DNA from: Microbotryum violaceum | Taxonomy: Eukaryota | Length of the DNA stretch: 64,000 nt | Direction of reading: 5' to 3' | Assembly: GCA_001244265.2 (NCBI GenBank) | Contig: CDLV01000010.1 | Location: forward strand, 62,001 to 126,000 | Shown: positions 54,144-64,000 of the stretch, piece by piece | How positions within the stretch are numbered: the stretch's first letter is position 1 | Layout: the number at the start of each line of letters is the position of its first letter | The notes under the pieces: generated by a model | Seen by the model: the letters and a program-made list of their open reading frames with translations, nothing else | What the model was told of the DNA's origin: nothing | Databases searched by the model: none | Position numbers and translations under genes: made by a program

Positions 54144-55475
54144 ACGTCTCGAGCCGTTCCGCGTTCAGGGTGCGCAGCGCCACCGCTCTTTGGGTTGTTC
54201 ACAAGTAGTTGTATACATAGGGCAGTTTTTTTGTTTTTCTTTAATCCCTGGGTACAGTTCGGGGGCCCCTATACAAAGGGTTTCTGTCTTGATTTTTGAA
54301 ATCGCCACTTCCGTCCTGTCTGCCTTCTTTTGCGTTCTGTATGTGACTACCCTGGCATGCTTTCAGTCGGTGCAACAAACAAATTTTGTGAAGCCAAGCG
54401 CCGGTTCGGTGAACACTTGGGGCCAAGTACTCATGTGACGTCTGAATTGAAGCCTGCCGCTTCTCGGTGGAATCGCGGGCCATCTTGGACCCGGCCCCCG
54501 AGCGCCTGATCCGATCAAAGCAGCTGGCTGGGCCCGAACTTGAGGGCTAAAGCAGCTTTCGATGGTGAAATAATAATCAAGACTACCCTGATGTAGAGGA
54601 TATCTCGGATTGAATGCAATCCCTGTCTCGTGTCCATCAGAATCATTCTGGCCAAGTGTATGCAGTGCGCCCTCAGCAGCTAGCACTCTGAAGAACGCGC
54701 CACGCGAGCTTCACTCCTCTCTCGGCCGTTCTCCTTTCCGACCGTTTCCACGTCTTCTCCAATCTGTCCGTCCGCTGATGGTGAGATCTCAGGAGTCTGA
54801 CACTCAAGAGAGTATTTATTGCTTTTTTTTTTTTTTGAATTTAGTGGCTTGATGCTAGGGTACTGGAGCGGGTGGGGCAGAGGGGCCAACTGAAGTTGTC
54901 CCAAGTCGAGCCTGCATGCATGCATGCGCCGCTGCTGGCCCCGCGTGGCGCGGCGCGGGCGGGGACTGGCGGGGTTGGCTGGCGTCCGTCCGTCTCGCCA
55001 AGTGGTGCGACCGAGCTCCTCTCTCCGTTCCGGCTCTCTGACCTCACCTTGCACTCGCGTGGGCTTCGGTTTCCCAGGCGACGGAGTGTGCTGTGACGGA
55101 TCGACGAACGCGCTCGCTGTGAGATCGTGCAAAAGACCGGCGGTGAGTTGGAGCGACTGGCGAGTGAGACAACGTCCGTTTCACACGCTTCGGACGTGCG
55201 CACAGCCCCTGTCTATGCCGCAGCGCATGTTTACAGCGTTACAGAGGTCATAAAAAGTGTCCTATCGATCTTGTAGACCGGACGTGTGGGATACGGTCGA
55301 GAGACAACACCCCGTTTGGCCCCAGACGATGCCGAATGTGTGGAACTAGACCGCTTTCCTCAAAGGGAAATTGCCGTCCGCGGACGGAGACACCTCTTGC
55401 CAAAGTTGCATCAGCTGATTTTCTGATTGGATGGACAGGTTTTGAACTGACGCTGCTGGACTCAGAGGCCCAAGG

Positions 55476-58400
55476 ATGCAGAACGTCTCCTCAGGGCCGC
55501 TGGACTCGCCCGACCTGTCGCCGCTGCCGCCGTTCGAGGCCGATTCGCAACGCAACCCATATGGACTTCATTCGATCGAAGACGCGCATAGACGAGGAAA
55601 GAACACGCCTTCCTTGTGCACGAATGCGATCGAGCCCGCGTCGTCGATCCCGCGTTCCGAGTACTCGTCACCGCGGGGCTACACTTCCCCTTCGACATCC
55701 GCCTCGCCGCATTCTCAATCGTATTTCCCTGCCCCGGGATCAATTCAACCACAGTCACAACCACCACCATCACAAAAGCATCAGCACCAAGTCTACAATG
55801 GGTCCATGTCATCCCCGACCCACTCGTACACCGCGAAGCCCCAATACGGCCCCTCTCACCAGTCCGTCTCGATGCACCCCGAAGAGCTCGAGGCCTTGAC
55901 GTACCCGGTCACGAATGCGTACCGTTCACGACAACCCTCAGGAGAAGCTCCTTCTAGTGATCAGGTTGACCCATCGCAAGTGAGTTCCGCACCCATCCAA
56001 TACGGCTACGACGCGAGTCCCGGTGCGCACTCGTCCTCGCCCCAACGCTCACCGAGCTACCCTTCCCAGCAACCGCCACTTCAAGCCTATTCAACCTCGC
56101 CCGCGTCAAGCGAACAGAATAGAGACTACCTACAAGCGAGTTCATGGACGAGCGATGATCTAGCTCGGACGCGGTCGCATTCGACGTCGAGCCAGGGGGG
56201 TTCGGGCATGGGAGAAGGTCTCGGTCTCGGGTCCATCACTGAAAGTTCGTACCAAGCCAACGCGTCAGAGTCAGATAGGAAACCAAGGTCGAACTACCCC
56301 AAATCTCCATCGGGGCAAATGAATACCCTTGGTCATGGCAATAACGATACCGGCGCATTGGGACAAGATGACTTGGCCGCCACCGGCGGCTTCGACGAAG
56401 GCGTTTTGAAGGCGCTGTGCGAAATGGACTGTGGCATGCCTTTGGTCCTCGATCGGATGAAACAATGCATTGCTTCTTCACACGAAGCCTCAATATTTTT
56501 CAAGAAGAGGGCGCAGATCGAGGAAGAGTACGCCAAGGCAATGATCAAGCTGGCCAGAAGCAGCAGTCAAGCGTACGGCGTGTCTGAAGGCAAAGCTGGG
56601 TGAGTCCATCGTTTCACACATGAATGCATGACTTGGCGCTCACATCTATGCGTCATATATAGAACCTACGTGAACTCGTGGATCGCGATGCTGCGGACGC
56701 ACGAACTCGTCGGTGACAACCATCTCAAGTTTGCGGCTCAACTCGCCGAAATGTCGGACGAGCTCGCCCTTCTCGGGAAAGAGGTCGACAAGAACCGTAA
56801 ATCATCGAAGGAACTGGGCACGCGGCTGGAACGCGGTTTGGCCGAACAGGAATCGCTCGTTGATAAGGCGCGCGGGCGCTTCGATTCGGCCGCTGAAGAA
56901 TTGGAACGGTTGTTATTACTCAAGCAAGGCGAATCGCTCAAGGACAATGTCGTACCTCATGCGTCGACGGCACCTACGTCGACCTCTTCGAATAAAAGAA
57001 CATTCGGCAAAGCGATGAGCAAGCTGAAGGGGCCCAAAAACGCTGCCCAGGTCGCAAAGCAGGAGGAGGACGTCAGGATGAGGATGGGGCAGAGCTCGGA
57101 CGCGTACCGGAGTCAGGTCATTGGCGCACAGGCAGTCCGGCAAGAGTACTTTAATCTGCAGCTGCCGAGGATCTTGAGGGTAAGCACGGTTGGAGGGGTC
57201 AAGTCACGTCGGACCAATTCGGCTGACACTTCCTACCATCTCGTTGTACGCCACTCGCAGTCGCTCAAAGAGAGTACGGACGAGGTCGACCTAGGGGTAC
57301 AATACCATCTGTCGCGGTATGCCTACATCTTCGAGTCGACGCTCGTCACCGACGGCTTGACAGTATCACCTATCAATCCGGATGATGGTACGTAATCCCA
57401 CCGCTTCGCCGCCTTTGCAATCGTTTGTAACTGACACTCCATTGCGCTGCAGGACCCGGACTTAGGGCAATGGCCGACCTCATTGATATCCGCGAGGACT
57501 TCAAGCAATACATGCAGCAATACTCTGTCAGCTGGCAAATGTCTGGCCAACGAGGTCCCAAGCGCGATGGGTCAACAGAGGACGGGTTTGTAAGTCATCG
57601 GGACGTAGGCTTTTCACGACCCGAACATTCTTTTTTGACCTCACCCCTTTCCATGTCGCGCGCGCAGATGGCTTCCTCTAGGCCCGTGCTGACGCCTCGA
57701 TCTTCGGCACTCGCGACGTTACAAAATTATGCCGCCCCCATGCTACCGACGTTCGGCATCGATCTCGGGGAGCAAATGGCCCGCGATGGAGTCGAGATAC
57801 CACGCGTGCTTGTAAAGTGCTGCGAAGCGATCGAATTACATGGTCTCGACTCAATGGGACTGTATCGACTGAGCGGGACGACGTCACGCGTGCAGAGGTT
57901 AAAGCTGGCCTTGGACCGAGGTGCGTCGGATTGAGTACTGAGACTCGGCTCTAGACCTGGCCTTAAATGCTTGGCCGGTGCTTGCACGCAGACATCGAGG
58001 GAACAGACCTCCTCTCGGACGAGCACCTCCAAGACATCAACGACATCGCCGCCGTCATGAAGCTATGGTTCCGCGAGCTACCCGAGCCTTTGCTCACCTG
58101 GGAGCTGTACCATGGTTTCATCGAAGCGGCCAAGATTGAAAATGATCGATTACGACATATCCGGTTGCATGAACGCGTCAACGAGTTGCCCGATCCCAAT
58201 TACGCGACGCTCAAGTTCCTCATGGGACATTTGGACAAGTGAGTGTCTCCTTGGCTCTCTGGGGTGTCCCTGCTCACTTCCACGGTACGTCCGAGACTGA
58301 CGAGACATGAATTCCATAGAGTTCGCCAACACGAATCATCCAACCAGATGGGATGCAGTAACATCGCCATTGTGTTCGGACCCAATCTGCTTGGCGCGCC

Positions 58401-58587
58401 ACCCAACGAAGGGGGCGGCTCCGCGATAGCCGACATGAGTCGGCAATGCAAATGCGTCGAAACGATTCTTCAGCATTATGTTGAAATTTTCGTCGGTGAG
58501 TCTCCGCGACCTGCGTGGTATGTCCCCGGGTCTTTCGGTTCTCGGGCGCTGATTCTTGATGTGGCGTTCGCAGACACGGACGCCTGA
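55476..58587 (+). CDS. F-BAR (FCH) plus RhoGAP protein, Rgd1-like
   Basis: LDRMKQ...FFKKRAQIEEEYAK (FCH); PTFGIDL...IPRVLVKCCEAIE...GLYRLSG (Arg finger); KLWFRELPEPLLT; LPDPNYATLKFL; NQMGCSNIAIVFGPNL. Confidence 0.93.
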
Positions 58588-58739
58588 TGCGGGCATCGCG
58601 TTTTGTAACGGCCCTCGTAGTGTATGCTTACCTCGTGTGAATAGTTTCTTTGCTCTTCCTCTTTGTTTCGCTTCTTCGTAAATGTCGTTTGTTCTCTTTC
58701 ATCATACCCAGTCCGTGGCATTTGACACCCTTTTTCTGG

Positions 58740-61200
58740 TCGCAACATACCTAGAGGGCAGTATATACTTACTGCCCACACCGTCAGGCAAGGCACTCGC
58801 CGGTTTCGATGGAAAGTTTCCCGAGAGGTACTACGTGGCTCGTGATATCGAGGCGAGTATGTCTACTCCTTCATCGAGTTTTTCGGTCTGGCAATATTGA
58901 CCTCTCCGTCCCGTCGCTTTCCCAGATGTGCTTGACGATCTTCAACGACTTATCTTCCCATGGGTCCGAGAAGCGGCTTTGGCCGAGTTCGAGGAGCGCT
59001 TTGAGGCCGACGAGCTCTGTCAAGACAAGGCGTTGGTTGGTCACTTGAAGCTGATCCAATGGTTCAGACTTATACTCCTTCAAGATACGGCGTTTTTGAT
59101 TCAAACCTATCCGAGGGGAATGGCCGCGAAGAAGCCGCCCCCTTGAAGTGGTGTACAGCGGCCTCCTTGATTCCATCGTCGACAGGCTAGGCGCTCAGCA
59201 ATCCTCGGAACGCCAATCTGCAACTGCTCACTTTCGCAGCGATCATCGTCGAATCTTGGAACTTCTCATCGAACAGCAGAATCGAGGCGGTCACTTTCAC
59301 GGTCATGTAAGGAAGCGACGACTACTCGAATTTGTCCGCGCATCCGACAGACAAATCACGACGATCGTCATCGAAGTCATCGAAGTCGCGGAGAAATTCG
59401 GGTCGTCGTCGCTTCCATGACCGTGAAAGTGACCGCCTCAATTCTGCTGTTCGATGAGAAGTTTCAAGGTTCAACGATTATCGCTGCGAAGGTGAGCAGT
59501 TGCAGATCGGCGTTCCGAGGATTGCTGAGCGCCGAGGCTGTCGACGATAGAATCAAGGAGGCCGCCGTACACCACTTTGGGGGCGGCTTCTTCGCGGCCA
59601 TTCCCCTCCACACTGGCCACAAGATGCGGAGCCCACGTTCGAAATCGGTCCGACTGAAACAGGCTCGTTTGGTAAATCGGTGCATCTGGATAGGTTTGAA
59701 TCAAAAACGCCGCATTTTGAAGGATGACGAGTTTGAACCTTTGGATCAGCTTCAAGTGACCAACCAACGCCTTGTCTTGACAGAGCTCGTCGGCCTCAAA
59801 GCGCTCCTCGAACTCGGCCAAAGCCGCTTCTCGGACCCATGGGAAGATAAGTCGTTGAAGATCGTCAAGCACATCTGGGAAAGCGACGGGACGGAGAGGT
59901 CAATATTGCCAGACCGAAAAACTCGATGAAGGAGTAGACATACCGATCTCAGCAAGTCGAGCCAACTGCCAGCTCCTGCCTCCGATCAAGCACCAAGAGT
60001 GCCGATTCACCCGAGTAGGAGATTGGATGCAGCTGTGCGTCGCCGCTAAATGCGCTTGGGAAAAGGGGGACGTTGTACCATTCTCGATACCCGTATTTCG
60101 AACTGCCTTTAGAGAAGTCTGGCTCGAACGAACCATATGGGAGACCTCCAGTGTGCTCACCGTGGAACCACATGTAGAAGGCAACCGCGCCGACATTGCA
60201 AATACAAGGGTCGAAATGACGGGCAACGGGCTTGTAGTCGAGACGACCTTCCTTGTTCGTCTTGCCCGAATCGGCCACGATATAGAGCGTCTTGATCGGC
60301 GGGTGATCCGGTCGTTCGAGCGCTCGCATTGACAAATCCGAGAAGGCGAGAGCACGTCGCCGCGGAATAGTGTGGCGAGAGAGACTGCCCACTGCACATG
60401 GCGCGGTTGCGAAGCGACCGGGTCACCGAATGTACGGCGGTCAGCTTACCGGTCGGCCCCTGGCAAAGAAGGTGTTCACTGATTTGTAGTTGTTCTTCTT
60501 TGGTGACATTGTCGGATGCCCCTTTGATTTTGTTGGTCTGGGCGGACTTCTTTTGACCGGCCTCGCGTTTTTCTTCTAGCCGACCTCGAGAGTACCGATC
60601 GGGAGAAAATCTCGCAGCTTGCCACGGGCCGGAACGCTTGTGCGATCAATTGAATCTATTAGACGATACTGGAGGCACGTCAAAATCAAGCAACATGTGC
60701 TAATCTAGGGAGTAGATCCATTGCGGGTACGAAGGGAAAGGCATGCGAGCTTACATGGCATGTTCGAGGGCGTTGAGATGCTATGAACGGTGGGGAAGCC
60801 GGCATGGCGCGATCAACAGACGCCCACTTCGCTAGGTGCCTGAGAGGCCAGTCACAAGCCATAGTCGAGAGATAATACTCGCATTCTTCAGCACCAAAAC
60901 ACCAATGGTTGTGACTTCGATGTCCTCGCCTTGATCGGCACCCGTACCTGATCCGCGCGCGGGTCGCTTAAACTCGGAGCTCAAAAAATTCAAGACCATG
61001 TCTGGGTCGATCGGTCAAACGCAAGCGCCGGGCCACGTTTCAGCCATGAATTTGGTGTAAAATTTGAGCGATTTTTCGTATCCGCTGACTGTCTTGGGCG
61101 CCAAGTTGGATGTGCTAGTGCAGTTGGCGATGATCGCGTTGTTCGACGCTTGAACTAGAATCTCGGCCAGACGACGGGCGGCGAGCAGCAACCGTCAGTA
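58740..61200 (-). mobile_element. Decayed Crypton (tyrosine-recombinase DNA transposon, Ndc10-II-like domain), internally inverted
   Basis: Minus strand: APKTVSGY...VLNFL; ATLFRGD; RALAFSDL; GKTNKEGRLDY...RHFDPCICNVGAVAFY; PDFS...EWY; LIFPW...VILQNAAFL...PIYQTSLFQSDRF. Plus strand: KALAGF...YYVAR.../LQRLIFPW...ILLQD. It has stops, frameshifts and an intron. Confidence 0.75.
58857..59943. repeat. Quasi-palindrome of about 1.1 kb (arms 58857-59340 and 59387-59943)
   Basis: The outer 203 nt are identical (58857-59059 vs 59741-59943). The inner arms are diverged, the left arm lacks about 80 nt, and the loop is about 46 nt. Confidence 0.95.
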
Positions 61201-61898
61201 AAAATTCGCGTCAAAGCCCCGGGTCTGCGCCGATTCCCAACATGAATAGGACAAGAAACTCACGTCGTGCAGCAAGACTTCCCATGCCTGCTCATTGCCC
61301 TCACCCTCGCTTGCTTCACGCTCACTCTCGGCGTGCTCGCCGTCGTCCTCTCGACATCCGAATTCGTCGCCACGATCGGCGTTCGAATCGGTAGTAGCCA
61401 AGCCACGAATGGGGGAGGAGTTGGGAGTCATTCCTTTCGTCGCTTTGGTCTGAAATTGCTGTGAGTCGAGTGCGAATTTGGCGGCGTCGGTGCCCGAGAT
61501 CGGTCGAGACGAGAGCTCGGAATGACGGTCACGTGAGGAAGCTCCAAGCGCACTCAGTGTCGGTCAAGAGAGGTCGTACAACGGTCGTGCGACTGGACAG
61601 CAAGTAGATAGGCAGTCGAATCAAGCCAAGGGAGACGTGGCCTCTTTGTTCAGTCGATTACGGTATCTGCGAGGAGAGCGGAGATGCGAAACGCAGCGAA
61701 GTCAATCATTGTTCGTTCGCGACCTCATCACATCACGGACAGACCCGTGCACGGTGCCGGCCAAACTCGACAAGCCACTCACAGCGGCAAGGCACTCGGG
61801 TTGCGATCGATACACGACTCGAGCAGCTCGAGCAGCTTGCAAAGGAGGGTGTGAAATCACCACAAAGGAGTATGCCATCGCCAGCCCAGCCGACGACT

Positions 61899-61949
61899 GA
61901 GAGAGAGAGAGGGAGGGAGAGAGAGAAGAGGGAGAGGGAGAGGGAGAGT
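61899..61949. repeat. GA-rich microsatellite
   Basis: gagagagagagagggagggagagagagaagagggagaggggagagggagag. Confidence 0.85.
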
Positions 61950-62283
61950 GGAGGAGTGTCAGGCAAGAGGACTCCCCAGACCCGCCTCAAACAAGGCGGC
62001 CCGAGCTCAATATTGCTTTCGAATATTCAGGCTGGCGCTCGCGCGCGTTCCGGGCAGGCCTGCCCAGTGCCTCCTGACGGTGTGGGCAGTATGTACTGCC
62101 CTCTAGCTTATTAGTAAGCTCGACGCGGACGACCTCGCCCTGAGAGACGTATATCTTGATTACAGGTCGCCATAATCTCAAAAGTCGCAAAAAGATCCGA
62201 TAGTCATAGAAATTACTAGATTACAAGAATGCAAGCAGTAAAAGCTCTACGCGGCCAACGTCAGAGAAAGAATCGCTGAGGTA

Positions 62284-64000
62284 CTAATAGGTATCCCCAA
62301 TTAGACGTTCCTCCATCGAGTCGACATCGATCACGAGTCGATGGGGCGAGATATCAAATTCCTTTTCGTCCAATGAATCACGCATTGTCATCGAAGTGGG
62401 TAGAAGAGGAGCTTGCGAACCCGAGAGGTAGATGGTGCCGATGCAGTCGAAGGGAATGGAGCTGGCCGCGAGGAAGAGGACTTGCAAGCCGACTGCGGGC
62501 AGAGAGAGTACATGTCAGGTTGGAAAGGAAATTAACATTGCCACAGGGTGGTCGCTCGGACATACAGGTGACGAAAAGCATGGTCATGCGAGCCGCTACT
62601 GGGTCCCCGAGACTCGCCAAGTACACGGTCAAATCTGCTGCGACTCCGCACACTATGTTCAAGCCACCGCTCGGTAAGTCTTTTCCCTCTCCGTCGATCA
62701 ACGCAAAGCTCAAAGATGCTATAGTTGGAGGCAGCTCACGAGTTGTTGCCAAAGCGACGACACAGATCTTGACTTTGCCCATTCCGCTGCTCGTCTCGGG
62801 CCATTCGGACCGATGCTGACCGAGCAGACCCAACACCCTCGCACCAGCCGACACGCCCAACATCAGGGGCAACCAGATAAGCGCAAGAAGGATGCGAGAC
62901 TCGCGTGGCAGCCGGAGATCCCGATTAGCCGGCGACAGGAGTTCCCACATGGTGCCGAGCATCGAACCCCACGTCGGCGAGTCCGGGGAGATGCGCTGTA
63001 AGACGTAGAGTAGGCAGCCGAAGTTCCAGAGTGATGCACTTGGGGGATGATGCAGAACTTGAAGGGTCAACATTTTTGATGAGATTTGAGACTTGCGACT
63101 GCACTCACAGTATTGATTCGCGCAAGACGAGCACCTCAATGTGCACCAAATCGTGCCAGGAGGCCTCTTCGACGGCTGTGACGGCGTGACGTTAGGGAGT
63201 CGTCAATACACGAACAACAGCTTGGAAGTTTGGCAAATCATAACACTCACTTGTCACATATTCTATCAGAGAGTTCCCTTTCTCCCAACGAATCGAGGGC
63301 ATGCTGCGCGCCGGATGGTGAACGGCCGCGTACGTTTGGAAATTTGTCGTTGCACAGGAGGTACGGGCGAAACGGAGACCGCGCAAGCTTTTTCGGCGCG
63401 CTCACTGTCCCTTGGCGTACAGTGGACGGATGGGTGACGGTCCTAGGAAAGGTCGGGTTTTGATGGCACGAAGGGGTATGGAGCAAAGTCAAGAGAAAAT
63501 GTTCGACGGCAACGAGCGTCATCGCGGTGGCAGTACCTCGGGGTCCCTGCACGGACTCTTCACTTCGGGAACCGACGCCGGTCCGCCGGGCGCACAGAAA
63601 CGCGCGCGCACGCTACTACCCTGGCCACGAACAGGGGTGTGCGCTAAGCTTTCATGAGTTCGCGCCTGCGCGTCGATGTACGAGAATAGTCCTAGGGAAT
63701 CTGGGCCGATTGTGAAGAATGCGCCAAACAACCGCTCGAGGTGACGATATGGAAGCACATCATTCACCTCTCGAGTCGCACGGACTCGTCTGCTCCTGTC
63801 CGCGCACATCACTGCAGAATGGAACACGCGGGCAGTGCTTGTGTCTTACTTCGTCGGGTCTGTAAGTCTAACTCCGGCAGAAATAGCAAACGTCGTACTC
63901 GAGTAAAGCAAACGCCGGTCGCAGCCAGCGAAAATCCGCTAACCGAAGCATCTCCACCGGTCGCCGTCCGCCGCTCAAATCTTGGGTCCGAATGAGTTTC
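62284..64000 (-). pseudogene. Unidentified, possibly degenerate multi-exon coding region running off the window
   Basis: Several protein-like minus-strand ORF pieces (62378-63139, 63519-63827, 62284-62487) with splice-like signals. No motif was recognised. Confidence 0.25.

Overview
Intron-rich, GC-rich fungal genomic DNA. Gene content, short GT-AG introns with CTRAY-like branch points and a fused Trp synthase suggest a basidiomycete, probably a Pucciniomycotina/Microbotryomycetes yeast (inference). About 13 recognisable multi-exon genes are present: Zn alcohol dehydrogenase, TBC Rab-GAP, SYLF/Ysc84, kynurenine 3-monooxygenase, lumazine synthase, Trp synthase, Mms2, Zds1-like, Trm9-like, Cue2/Smr-like, NuSAP-like, alpha-glucoside MFS permease and F-BAR/RhoGAP. 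Three tiny genes are invisible to the ORF track: two Cys-containing secreted peptides, and a 67-aa Cys/His protein that appears to need a 3-nt micro-exon. There are two decayed DNA transposons, one CACTA/EnSpm-like and one Crypton. The most unusual signal is that both relics are folded into diverged inverted duplications (five hairpins, arms about 90-550 nt), whereas I saw none in host genes. All exon models and family calls were made by eye from remembered motifs, not from database searches.
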